Below, piece after piece: positions 27,328 through 36,846 of a DNA stretch of 54,110 nucleotides. The stretch spans positions 1-54,110 of the IMG/VR virus record IMGVR_UViG_3300012924_000012; one strand, 5' to 3'. The position numbers and the translations under genes were made by a program. The stretch's first letter is position 1; each line of letters opens with the position of its first letter. The DNA comes from a virus. Taxonomy: Duplodnaviria; Caudoviricetes. Below the pieces are notes generated by a model. That model saw only the letters and a list, made by a program, of their open reading frames with translations, made no database searches and was not told where the DNA came from.

Positions 27328-28704
27328 TTAACTACTGGTGAATCCGCTAAAAACATCGCTTGTACCTAGATTGGTAGACAAATTACTAGGAGACATATAA
27401 GTTGAATTCATTGGAGCATTCCATCCAGAATTCCCGAAAACATTCCCCCAATTTGTATTTGAAAATGCCCCGGTAAGTGGCCCAGTAATTTGACTAATTG
27501 CCTGATTTTGCGCCGCTTGGTTTTGCATATTCTGGCCATATCCTTGACTTTGCGCGCCTTGTCCATAATTCATATAAGACAGATCATTTGACTGAAGTTG
27601 ATTTAATCCAGATAAATATTGCTGAGTATTCCCCTGATAATTTTGCAATGCTTGATTTTGTGCGCCATATATCTGCTGACTTGTATTAAATGGAACTTGC
27701 CCAGCATTGTAAACAGATTGTGCCGCCTGATTTCCAAGACTAGAAGCATTTTGTTGTGCAGCACCGATATTTTGAGTATTAACAGAATTACTTTGGTTCA
27801 TCGCATTCAAATAATTTGTATATTGGTTTTGCGCCGCATTGGTCAAATCGATATTTTGTGTATTTTGACCAGATTGCAACCCTGCTACTGCTCCAGTATA
27901 ACTATTCCCTAATCCTTGAGCCGAACCATATGCACCTTGGGCCGCAGAGAGTCCCTGTGTTTGCCGAGCCAATTCCTGATTCTGCCAATTCAAGTTGAAA
28001 TTCTGGTTATTAGATGCTTCTACTGCTGCGCCATATGGACTAGATTGGATTCCCCGCGCATATTCGCCTGCCCTCGATTGGTCTGTTACTTGTTGTAAGG
28101 TTTGGTTATATAGTGCATTTTGCGGGTCCATTGCCGTGTTTAATACCTGATTACCAGCCCCATATAAATTACTTTGAGAATTAGCCACATTAGGCATTTG
28201 TGCATTCTGATAATTCAGTAGATTTTGATATGTCTGATTTGATGCATTTGCTTGGTTATATAGACCAGCTACTGAATTTTGTACATTTCCCAATCCAGAT
28301 TGAAATAATTGATTTGCTTGAGCAGCATTCGCATTCTGTTGATTTGCGTAATTATAATCACTCATCGATGCGCCTTGCTGCTGCTGCGAATTTAAATCAT
28401 AAACATTTTGTGCCCAACCTGAATTAATTGCAGCAGTTTGATATGCGGGATTATTGAATTGAGAATTAAGTAATTGTTGATTGTATGGTGATACTTGACC
28501 TTGCGTTTGATTAATCTGATTCTGATATTGATTAATATTTTGATTAAAATTCGCATCCATACCGGCTTGATTAGTTGGAATATATACGGGCGGCGCACTT
28601 CCTCCTGTTGTTCCACCACCCCCGCCACCACCCCCGCCACCGCCAGATAAGGCACTTCCAGCCACTGCGCTTGCAACTCCTCCTGCTACCGCTGCCCAAG
28701 GCAT
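27328..28704 (-). CDS. Q/N-rich ejection (pilot-like) protein
   Basis: MPWAAVAGG hydrophobic N-terminus, Gly run, N/Q/Y/G/A-rich body. Confidence 0.65.
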   Translation of the reverse strand: MPWAAVAGGVASAVAGSALSGGGGGGGGGGGTTGGSAPPVYIPTNQAGMDANFNQNINQYQNQINQTQGQVSPYNQQLLNSQFNNPAYQTAAINSGWAQNVYDLNSQQQQGASMSDYNYANQQNANAAQANQLFQSGLGNVQNSVAGLYNQANASNQTYQNLLNYQNAQMPNVANSQSNLYGAGNQVLNTAMDPQNALYNQTLQQVTDQSRAGEYARGIQSSPYGAAVEASNNQNFNLNWQNQELARQTQGLSAAQGAYGSAQGLGNSYTGAVAGLQSGQNTQNIDLTNAAQNQYTNYLNAMNQSNSVNTQNIGAAQQNASSLGNQAAQSVYNAGQVPFNTSQQIYGAQNQALQNYQGNTQQYLSGLNQLQSNDLSYMNYGQGAQSQGYGQNMQNQAAQNQAISQITGPLTGAFSNTNWGNVFGNSGWNAPMNSTYMSPSNLSTNLGTSDVFSGFTSS

Positions 28705-28719
28705 AATTATTTCTCCAAT

Positions 28720-28745
28720 AAAAAAAGCCGCTCTAAAGCGGCTCA
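28720..28745 (-). terminator. Intrinsic terminator
   Basis: GAGCCGCT-TTAG-AGCGGCT plus T tract. Confidence 0.75.
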
Positions 28746-28767
28746 GTAACTGTTTATGCGGATTTAT

Positions 28768-29118
28768 TTAAAACTTGAGGTCGTGTAAATCATGAACATC
28801 GACTATCCCGGACCTAGAAATATTATGGATGCACAAAATCGTAGTGTTAGCGGTCGTTGTCATGAACGTATGCTGACAATGTTTCTTGATGAAAATCGCA
28901 CATGGAGCTTTAAAATGTCCTAAATATTCTTCATCACACCAAGCATGTAATTCACCTAAAGCGATAAATGTCGTATGGTCATATTCATGGCTATGTTGTG
29001 GAACTACAGTTCCAGCATTTTTAAATATTCCTGATTTAACGAAAACGTCATCAGCAAGATAGAATTCTTCTGTTTCTGGCTGTTCGCATTTCGTCAATTC
29101 AATATCGCTTAATTTCAT
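28768..29118 (-). CDS. Cupin-domain protein
   Basis: PQHSHEYDHTT...HCQHTF...CIH. Confidence 0.8.
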   Translation of the reverse strand: MKLSDIELTKCEQPETEEFYLADDVFVKSGIFKNAGTVVPQHSHEYDHTTFIALGELHAWCDEEYLGHFKAPCAIFIKKHCQHTFMTTTANTTILCIHNISRSGIVDVHDLHDLKF

Positions 29119-29675
29119 TCTACCCTCATACAAATAATTAAAGTTATACGATCATCATTTCCATTATTTATAACTTCATGTTCAACATTATTATTGAAGT
29201 ACCAGCATTCTCCAGAATTCATAACGACAACTTCATCTTCGCACCGATTAAAGCATTTTTGATTACTTTGGATTGGAATGTATAGTTTGCAGTTAAAAAA
29301 ATTAGCATGCCAATTATTATCTATATGCGGCTCTATACGCCCACCAGGAGGAATCTTTGTTATAAGTATTCCACCAAGATGTACAGCGGACATTTTTGTC
29401 ATTAGACCTAAAGCGATATTCCTTATCATTGGTAACTGATTGATAGATGGATACCATATTGGATAATGTAAATTATGAAAATCAGAATAGTCACCGGTTC
29501 TCTTATTCTCTTTATCATCGTTATATCTTACCCAAATGTCAGACATCGCCAGATGTGGAGAATTATCCTGATCTTTTCTAAGTGTTTTTTGATTCCAAAG
29601 ATATTCATTTCTTTTTAGAATAAAATTCAATGGATCGACATTTATACCTTCGCAAATCTTCAAGAAATTACGCAT
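29115..29675 (-). CDS. Aspartyl/asparaginyl beta-hydroxylase-like 2OG-Fe(II) dioxygenase
   Basis: PGGRIEPHID, WYFNNNVEHEVIN, RITLII. Confidence 0.85.
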   Translation of the reverse strand: MRNFLKICEGINVDPLNFILKRNEYLWNQKTLRKDQDNSPHLAMSDIWVRYNDDKENKRTGDYSDFHNLHYPIWYPSINQLPMIRNIALGLMTKMSAVHLGGILITKIPPGGRIEPHIDNNWHANFFNCKLYIPIQSNQKCFNRCEDEVVVMNSGECWYFNNNVEHEVINNGNDDRITLIICMRVE

Positions 29676-31284
29676 TGGTATATCCAAGAGTTTGAAGTCT
29701 AAAAAATGCTGCTTTGATGGAGACGTTTAATGCCGATGTAACCCTAACTGCAAAAACCATCTTCTTAAAAACTACTGGATTGATCCAAGGTATAGTAAAA
29801 ACTTGTCCATTGATGACAGCAGATCGCCATGTGAACTGACCCCATTTAACAGAACCCCATAACGGGTTTATTTCATCCAATTTTATAGTAGCAGGAGATA
29901 GATTGTTATTTTGATCATCATACATAGAAATATAATAAACAATTCCTATTCCAGCACCTCTTAACTCTATCGTTGATTCAATGACACAACTCATTGTCAT
30001 TGGTGCGCCTTCTATAGCTGTCGATACTAATTCTGATAGGATATCCACACCATTATCTTGATATACCGCCGATGGATGATTAGATACATTACTTTGAAAT
30101 AAAATACCAGGCATTGAATTCGATGCGATAAAGAACGTCTGAAGAACTCCAACAGCACAGTGATAATCAAATGTATGTGGACCATTCCATCGTTGATATA
30201 TGAAGTCATACCAATAATCTTGATTAGTAAAACTGCTATCCCAAGAAGTAATATTTCCGTCTAGGCATACTCGATAGATACCATTGGAATAAGCGCCAAC
30301 CGTTCTTGATTGATTAGTAGCAGTTGAAAATGGCTCAACAATATCAGGGGTAACGCCTTGTCTAACTTGTAGATAAGTTACACCTCCTCCTAGATTGATC
30401 ATTCTAGGACCATCATTGGCAATAAATAACACACCCATTGGCGTACTTTGGATCGTTCTAGGAGCAACACATCCGACATTTGCTACTATTTTGGACAGCG
30501 ATAATGGATTATTTGTTAGTGCGATATCACCAAAGATTTGCCATATTGAAGCCTGTTTAAATACCAGTAATGATTGTAAAACCCCACCGGTTGTTTGATT
30601 CATCGGTAAGCCTACTGCACCCGTAGTAGTGCTTTGATCTCCAATGGTTAATGCACCGGCAAAGTTTGTATTGCTAATTGATAACAGCAATTCATCTGTA
30701 AAGACGACTGTATTGCCCAAACCAAAATAGAACCTTCCAAAAAATTGTGCTACCCATTGCGGTTTAGTTGGCAGTGCATTGACAGTCGTATTACCTGCAT
30801 TCCATACTGGCGCTGCTGGATTCGTTACATCAAACCATCCAAAGAAATTAGTCAAATTAAATCCCGGATGCGTAACTACAATATAGATTCCGCTTGCATC
30901 CATCGTTGGAGGAACCCAATCACCAGTCGTCGCTTGTGTAACAGGAACATTTGTAGGGGTAACGTTACTTACCGTAATAAATGCATTGGCTACGGTATCA
31001 TATACAAATGGCTCATCAAATCCTGGATTTCTATTTGTCGCAATCATTCCATAAATTATAGTTCCTACAGAAAACATAACTGAAATAACACCAGGATTTA
31101 AAAATGACAAGAATGTATTAACTTGTAAAACACCGGCTCTAGGAATTACTTCACCACGATTTTCTCTATCAAATACAAGATTTGATAGTACCTGACATGC
31201 CCCTGGGAATGATGCCGATTGATCTACTGCGTCTGTAAGGCCAACCGGAATAAACTGTACAGGTGTAGAATTACGGATAGGCAT
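29668..31284 (-). CDS. Tail hub / packaged DNA stabilisation protein (P22 gp10-like)
   Basis: Beta-rich; VGCVAPRTI propeller motif; follows head-tail adaptor. Confidence 0.7.
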   Translation of the reverse strand: MPIRNSTPVQFIPVGLTDAVDQSASFPGACQVLSNLVFDRENRGEVIPRAGVLQVNTFLSFLNPGVISVMFSVGTIIYGMIATNRNPGFDEPFVYDTVANAFITVSNVTPTNVPVTQATTGDWVPPTMDASGIYIVVTHPGFNLTNFFGWFDVTNPAAPVWNAGNTTVNALPTKPQWVAQFFGRFYFGLGNTVVFTDELLLSISNTNFAGALTIGDQSTTTGAVGLPMNQTTGGVLQSLLVFKQASIWQIFGDIALTNNPLSLSKIVANVGCVAPRTIQSTPMGVLFIANDGPRMINLGGGVTYLQVRQGVTPDIVEPFSTATNQSRTVGAYSNGIYRVCLDGNITSWDSSFTNQDYWYDFIYQRWNGPHTFDYHCAVGVLQTFFIASNSMPGILFQSNVSNHPSAVYQDNGVDILSELVSTAIEGAPMTMSCVIESTIELRGAGIGIVYYISMYDDQNNNLSPATIKLDEINPLWGSVKWGQFTWRSAVINGQVFTIPWINPVVFKKMVFAVRVTSALNVSIKAAFFRLQTLGYTNA

Positions 31285-31961
31285 TACCATCCACCTTGTA
31301 ATTTAGTTGGTCTGACTCGCCTCGCAGTCCGAAAAGTTCTTTCATCTTTTTCGACTACAATTGCATAATTTTCTTTGTCATTAGACATTTGAATTAATCG
31401 CCGGAATTTATCATCATTCTGGCGAAACATCATTTCCACTCGCGTATCATCAGAAATACTCATTAGATTTTCTGCGACCATGTTTATCAACAATGATTGA
31501 TCTTGAAACCAAGGTATAACTTGAGAATTTTCAGGATCATCAATCTCAACAAGATTATCCATGTAACGGATATTAAGAGTAAAAGCTAATGATGGAGGTG
31601 GATATAATAATAGTGTCGGTGGAGTTGTTCCGATATCTGTCGAATAGTAATATGGGTAATCAGTCAAACCAGGGTTAGTATTTAGTTGATCATAGTTTTT
31701 TAGTGCAAGCTGTACTAACCAAAATACTGATCCATTGATATTATAAAATGCTTCCCGCATCCTCAGATAATTAACTGGAAGTGCATAAGAAGCTTGCCCA
31801 GTTACGACGTTGATCGTCGTTGTCCTACGAATGATATCCATATCCTGATCGAGAGCCAATTGAATCAAACGTGCATTCAAGAATTGGCCTGCTTGAGTCG
31901 TCATGCCTGGGACTTTTGCAATCTGAACAGCCAAATTAATTATTTGGGATGCGGTTAACAT
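31284..31961 (-). CDS. Head-tail adaptor
   Basis: TASQIINLA; GQASYALP; LYPPP. Confidence 0.7.
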   Translation of the reverse strand: MLTASQIINLAVQIAKVPGMTTQAGQFLNARLIQLALDQDMDIIRRTTTINVVTGQASYALPVNYLRMREAFYNINGSVFWLVQLALKNYDQLNTNPGLTDYPYYYSTDIGTTPPTLLLYPPPSLAFTLNIRYMDNLVEIDDPENSQVIPWFQDQSLLINMVAENLMSISDDTRVEMMFRQNDDKFRRLIQMSNDKENYAIVVEKDERTFRTARRVRPTKLQGGW

Positions 31962-32344
31962 TACGCTGCCTCTTTTTCCATCGCCTGAAGAATTTCTTCA
32001 CCTTTTTGTACGTCTTCAGTCAATTTCTCGATCTGTTTATGACACGTCTCTTGCTGTGCTTTTTCAGCGTTATTCAACTTACGCCCTTGCTCCTGGAAGG
32101 CCAGTTCTTCATAACGTTTTTTAGTCCGTTCCAGTGCGTCTTTTTGGTCCATTAGCGCCCCTTTGATAGCGGGAAGTTTCATTCGCTTCAGTTCCTGTTT
32201 TTCCATAGCGTTAAAAATACGATCCAATTCCGCTTCGACAGATTTTGCTTCAGCATCGGATGGCAAGTTACCGCTGACGGTAAGCGCCATACGTTCACCA
32301 ATCTGGATCGATGCTTGAAAAAGATAGCCTGGTTTATCACTCAT
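31961..32344 (-). CDS. Hypothetical coiled-coil protein
   Basis: Within structural operon. Confidence 0.6.
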   Translation of the reverse strand: MSDKPGYLFQASIQIGERMALTVSGNLPSDAEAKSVEAELDRIFNAMEKQELKRMKLPAIKGALMDQKDALERTKKRYEELAFQEQGRKLNNAEKAQQETCHKQIEKLTEDVQKGEEILQAMEKEAA

Positions 32345-32347
32345 TTT

Positions 32348-32719
32348 TTAAACTCCTGTGCCAATAAATGCCCGACGTTGCGAGCGACCTTTGTTTTCCG
32401 ATTCATGCAACGAAGATTCATGTGCCCAGCATCGACGTTCACACTCTTCCAATGTCCATTTAACATCATTAGAGACATTATAGGTTTGACCGTGATAATA
32501 CATTTTTCCGGCCAGATGAATGCCCCGGCCTGCGGCTGGTGGAAGATTCAAAGTAATACTTGTTGCAGCGCGTTGTTCTGCATCAATCCGTTTTTTTTCA
32601 GTAAGTTCCCGGACATCACGCTCCGCTCGCAATTGTTCAAGTTCTTCGCGTTCTGCATCCCTTAGCATTCCATATTGTTCTTCAGTCAATGCTTGTTCTT
32701 CTTCAATTTTCGTTTTCAT
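32348..32719 (-). CDS. Hypothetical protein downstream of capsid
   Basis: GAGG RBS; YYHGQTYNV. Confidence 0.6.
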   Translation of the reverse strand: MKTKIEEEQALTEEQYGMLRDAEREELEQLRAERDVRELTEKKRIDAEQRAATSITLNLPPAAGRGIHLAGKMYYHGQTYNVSNDVKWTLEECERRCWAHESSLHESENKGRSQRRAFIGTGV

Positions 32720-32728
32720 TTTTTCCTC

Positions 32729-32757
32729 AAAAAAAAGGGGAATCCGAAGACTCCCCA
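32729..32757 (-). terminator. Intrinsic terminator after capsid gene
   Basis: GGGGAGTC-TTCG-GATTCCCC plus T tract. Confidence 0.8.
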
Positions 32758-32762
32758 TTTGA

Positions 32763-34154
32763 TTAGCTCAATGCGCCATTGGTGATGACATTGGCATAAT
32801 TCGATCCAGATTCAAACCGCATAAAGAAAGCTTGGTTCAAAATCATCGTACCGTAGAAAATCTTCCACGTAATCACACGCAATTGGTTATGCGGATCGGA
32901 TTTATCCGCTTTGTTCAGGTACTCAAATTGCGCACTGTCAAGCGTCACTTGACCGTATGCACCTTTGCCGATGAAGAAGGACGGATAGACAGTCACACCC
33001 GTAGCTGGTGCAGCAGGAGCCACCAGGGAAGGCGTGGCGCTGTTTTGCAATGAAGACACCGTAGGACCAGGACCGGTCAGCAAAACTGTCTGAGAGCCTG
33101 CCATTTGCGTCGCATAGCCAGCAAACGCACCGACCGTCGGACCAGCAGCCGACAGAGCCAAGGTGAACGGCGTAGAGCCGCCAGCAGCCGACAGGTAGGC
33201 ATTGAAGGTGTAACCGGCCACGGTTGGCGCTGGCAATACCACCGACATACCTTGTCCCGCAGTCATTGCGATGTTGCCGCTCGACTGATGGACGATCCGT
33301 TCGTATCCAAAGATAGGATCGGTCTCGGTAATGAACAGTTGATAGTTGGCAGTAGTGAAGGTGCCGACACCCGAAGAAGTACCGGTAATCAACGCTGCAC
33401 CCAAATACCAAGGCGTCATGTTGGTGGACGTGAAGCGAACACCACCCCAAACGCCGACCTCCATGTTGTAAAGCACATCGATATCGCTATACGACCATGC
33501 ATTAGTCATCGTTGTGTTAGAGCGCAAGTCCTGCTCGACTAGCGGATGGATGACAGCAACATAGTGCGGTTTGTTCTTGCCACCGCCGCGCACGATGTCC
33601 AGTTCTTCTTTCTGGTCCTCAAAATCGGGAGCGCCATACTTCGGTGCGCCTACCGTATTCAACGAACCAACCGCCTTATTGATTTCAGTCACGCCGAGAA
33701 CGTCCGTAGACAGCAACGATGCACGGGTCGTTTTGAAGTTGGCATACCCGATATTCGTGCCGGACATCAAGGCATTTTGGGTATTACGTTCCAGCGTTTC
33801 TGACAGTTGCAAAGCGGTCAAACGCATTGCTTCCTTAAACAGATTATGCTCAATGGTTAGCATATCCACGTCAGTGATATAGATCGAATCGCCCCATTGT
33901 TGAGCCGTTGCAACCTGTTGGCTGATCGGCATGATTTCACCAACCGAAGGCACGCCCTCAGCAAGTGGCGCACCTGGCAGATTGACACGCGAATAACGAG
34001 TTGCCGTATAGCTAGTACCACGATTTTTCGGCAGCGTCAGCGGGATACCGAATTGGAATGCAACGAGTTGACGTTGTGCCAAAGGCAGTGTTTTTTTCTG
34101 GATGTAATTACTGATATCCGCGCTAAATGACGCTGATTTATTTACGTTTGCCAT
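32763..34154 (-). CDS. Major capsid protein (N4-gp56-like)
   Basis: LPKNRG, LAEGVP, QQWG, YVAVIHP, EVGVWGGVRF, DKSDPHNQ...WK. Confidence 0.9.
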   Translation of the reverse strand: MANVNKSASFSADISNYIQKKTLPLAQRQLVAFQFGIPLTLPKNRGTSYTATRYSRVNLPGAPLAEGVPSVGEIMPISQQVATAQQWGDSIYITDVDMLTIEHNLFKEAMRLTALQLSETLERNTQNALMSGTNIGYANFKTTRASLLSTDVLGVTEINKAVGSLNTVGAPKYGAPDFEDQKEELDIVRGGGKNKPHYVAVIHPLVEQDLRSNTTMTNAWSYSDIDVLYNMEVGVWGGVRFTSTNMTPWYLGAALITGTSSGVGTFTTANYQLFITETDPIFGYERIVHQSSGNIAMTAGQGMSVVLPAPTVAGYTFNAYLSAAGGSTPFTLALSAAGPTVGAFAGYATQMAGSQTVLLTGPGPTVSSLQNSATPSLVAPAAPATGVTVYPSFFIGKGAYGQVTLDSAQFEYLNKADKSDPHNQLRVITWKIFYGTMILNQAFFMRFESGSNYANVITNGALS

Positions 34155-34169
34155 TTTTAAACTCCAAAT

Positions 34170-34193
34170 AAAAAACCGCCCGGGTTAGGCGGT
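34170..34193 (-). terminator. Terminator-like hairpin between scaffold and capsid genes
   Basis: ACCGCC/GGCGGT stem plus T tract. Confidence 0.65.
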
Positions 34194-34927
34194 CATAGGA
34201 TAATGTCTCTGAGCCGATCATATTCATTCGTCTCGGTCTTTGTTGTTACCACATTCGATTTATTAGCAAGAGGTTTTCCTTTTGCGGCTGTAACGCGCTC
34301 GGCTGCTTCGCGTTTGACAGCCGGTGCCTGTTTCATTTTGCTACGGGCATCCATACCCATTAGGCGAATCAATACATCGTCTCGTTTAGGGTTAAAACCA
34401 TTTTTCCGTGCATCGGCTAAGGTTTGTTCAACCCTATCGATATAAGCCGCTTCTGCTGGGTTTTTAGATACCTGCATTAAGAAATTGGAACGATCTTGCA
34501 TATCCAAATTCTGAAACTGAACTTGCCGGATAGTCTGATCTGCTTGACGTTGCCATTTTTCAAGGTCGGTAAGGTTTTCCTCTTCCTGTGGCCGCTGCGG
34601 CTGTACTCGCTGCTGACGCTCCATTTCCAATTGCCGTTCTAGGAGTTCGGCACGCTGTTCAGCCAATTTCTTTTCATTGGCAAGTGCTTGGATACGCTGT
34701 TGACCACGGGTTAAAGGTTTTGGCTCATCATCATCTGTTTCCACCTTGCTTTGTTTAGGTGGAATTTCTTCTTCACCTTCTTCTTCTGAGTTGACTCCTT
34801 CAGATTCAGTTCCTGTTGATTCATCAACATTCTCTTCCTCTGCATTTTGGCCGTAGCCATCATCATCATCAGTTGAAGTATTCAAACCTTGATTTAATGC
34901 TTCTACATCTACAGTATTCTCAGCCAT
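34193..34927 (-). CDS. Scaffolding protein
   Basis: Acidic N-terminus, QQRIQALANE coiled coil, upstream of capsid gene. Confidence 0.75.
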   Translation of the reverse strand: MAENTVDVEALNQGLNTSTDDDDGYGQNAEEENVDESTGTESEGVNSEEEGEEEIPPKQSKVETDDDEPKPLTRGQQRIQALANEKKLAEQRAELLERQLEMERQQRVQPQRPQEEENLTDLEKWQRQADQTIRQVQFQNLDMQDRSNFLMQVSKNPAEAAYIDRVEQTLADARKNGFNPKRDDVLIRLMGMDARSKMKQAPAVKREAAERVTAAKGKPLANKSNVVTTKTETNEYDRLRDIIL

Positions 34928-34940
34928 TTTTTCCTCTTGA

Positions 34941-35017
34941 GTGAATTAACGATCACAATTCCGAATGTCCATAACGTGAACAGGTCGAATATGGCAAATA
35001 ACGTTTTGCCGGGCGAA
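34941..35017 (-). promoter_or_regulatory. Three tandem UUCG-stem-CGUUA hairpins in scaffold leader
   Basis: Identical loop with different stems; G-U pair only on minus strand. Confidence 0.6.
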
Positions 35018-35058
35018 AAAAAAGAGCCTTTCGGCTCATCATTATGCTATTGGACTAC

Positions 35059-35523
35059 TTAATTATTTGAACCTTTGATTACAGTAAAATTAATCAATGG
35101 AGAAAGCGTATCAGCCGTTGCAGTATTAAGATTAGCAATGCGAATTACAAACGTTCCATTCGTTACTGCTGAGACAGTGAAAATAGATGTACTAGCAGTT
35201 GAACCGCCGGCCAAATTAAGCAATATAGTATCTGTTGCAGCAACAAGACTATTATTAACAGTAAAGCTTACCGAAGTAGATGCCGCAAGCGATGTTGCCT
35301 GACCAGTGATTTGGCCGGTAAGTTTATTTAATGTTACCGCAGTAGTCCGGTCAGTAAGTTGACTGACTGCACCGCCAGCACCTTGACCAGTCACATAACC
35401 GATACCAGTACCGGTTACACCATTAAGTTGTTGAACAACGTTATAGAGATCAAGCATTGTTTGGGTAACATCTGCGAGCCGACTAGGTGCATTTTGATAA
35501 GTATTAGGTAAAGTGACTGGCAT
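35059..35523 (-). CDS. Virion decoration/fibre protein (TLP..YQN family)
   Basis: Shared N-terminal module; RTTAVTLNKLTGQIT. Confidence 0.7.
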   Translation of the reverse strand: MPVTLPNTYQNAPSRLADVTQTMLDLYNVVQQLNGVTGTGIGYVTGQGAGGAVSQLTDRTTAVTLNKLTGQITGQATSLAASTSVSFTVNNSLVAATDTILLNLAGGSTASTSIFTVSAVTNGTFVIRIANLNTATADTLSPLINFTVIKGSNN

Positions 35524-35540
35524 TTTAATTTCCTTAGTTA

Positions 35541-36428
35541 TTACATCAAAATTTCTTGACCAAATCGATATGAGAATGCTGGCGTTCCAGTATTATTTAC
35601 GGTCCGCAATCTAACATAATATCCAGTTGGTACGAATCCAGAGACAACGAATGTTTGCGCCAATACAGAATTTAGAGCTGCCGCAAGAGTAACCGTTTGG
35701 GAATTTTCACCGACTGAAAGAGTTTGAACATTCGTAGTGAAACCTGAATCACTTGCGATTTCTAGTATTACGTCACCATCTTGATTACTTCCAATGGAAA
35801 CCGTAGTAGTTATCTGTACGCTGTAGATCATAAGCGCCGGACGGCTTGCGCTTACCTGGAAAACACTGTTTAAGGAACGGGATGCGGATGACTGGCTAGG
35901 CGTTGCGGCTGGCGTTCCTGCTGTTCCTTGCGGCCCCGTAGCTCCAGTTGCTCCCGTAGCACCGGCAGCGCCCGTTGCCCCGGTAGCGCCATCTGCTCCT
36001 GCCGTACCTTGTGGACCTGTTGCCCCGGTTGAACCAGTTGCCCCTGTCGGACCTGCTATCCCCTGCGGCCCGATATCACCCTGGATACCTTGGCTTCCTG
36101 TCGCACCGGTTGTACCTTGCGGACCTGTGCTACCCGTTGGACCTTGTGCGCCGGTTGCACCAGTCGGCCCTTGTGGTCCTGTCGGACCTGAAACACCGGT
36201 GATATTCAGGACTCCAGCATCAATACTAATTCCAGTTCCAAGCGTTGCATATCCGGGCAATAGATTTACAGAGTCATAAATCATTACGCCCATGGTCGAA
36301 GGATGCGTTGGCTGTCTTGTATTGTTACCAGTATCAGTAGAATTCCGTTGTGAAAATAAAATGTCATTGGGACCAGCAAAACAGATACTGCTGATAGACA
36401 ATAAAAATACAATAGTTAGGTTTTTCAT
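35541..36428 (-). CDS. Collagen-like protein with signal-peptide-like N-terminus
   Basis: About 32 consecutive G-X-Y triplets; [18 protein letters not shown]. Confidence 0.8.
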   Translation of the reverse strand: MKNLTIVFLLSISSICFAGPNDILFSQRNSTDTGNNTRQPTHPSTMGVMIYDSVNLLPGYATLGTGISIDAGVLNITGVSGPTGPQGPTGATGAQGPTGSTGPQGTTGATGSQGIQGDIGPQGIAGPTGATGSTGATGPQGTAGADGATGATGAAGATGATGATGPQGTAGTPAATPSQSSASRSLNSVFQVSASRPALMIYSVQITTTVSIGSNQDGDVILEIASDSGFTTNVQTLSVGENSQTVTLAAALNSVLAQTFVVSGFVPTGYYVRLRTVNNTGTPAFSYRFGQEILM

Positions 36429-36835
36429 TGTACAAATATCCAAGTATTTGCAGCTACTTTTTGAAATGCAAAACAATCATTTGCATTTATGGTCGTAATC
36501 ATATTTAGAAATATAGCATTTGCTAATGTAAGCGTAGTAATATTTTGTGTAGTCGCTAGAATGCGCATTTGCCCGAGTATGCTATTAGCATCACTCGGAA
36601 AATTAACTGTTAGAGTTGCAAGTGTCCCAGCAGGCGTTAAAAATAATGTCCCATCTGCCGAATTATCTGTCATCTGAATAGTTTGCCCAGTTAATGCAAC
36701 TACAGTTTGGACAACTCTAGGCAAAATTCCTGAATTTATTTGTTGTACTACAGTATAAAGATCGAGCATTTGTTGCGTAACATCTGCTGTCCTAATAGCT
36801 GCATTTTGATATGCGGCTGGCAATGTAATAGACAT
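36425..36835 (-). CDS. Virion decoration/fibre protein (TLP..YQN family)
   Basis: Shared N-terminus; [15 protein letters not shown]. Confidence 0.7.
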   Translation of the reverse strand: MSITLPAAYQNAAIRTADVTQQMLDLYTVVQQINSGILPRVVQTVVALTGQTIQMTDNSADGTLFLTPAGTLATLTVNFPSDANSILGQMRILATTQNITTLTLANAIFLNMITTINANDCFAFQKVAANTWIFVQ

Positions 36836-36846
36836 GTTTACCTCAT

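Noticed and set aside
35900-36200. CRISPR array or DNA tandem repeat
   Set aside because: The periodicity is the 9-nt collagen codon pattern; no repeat-spacer array was seen anywhere in the window
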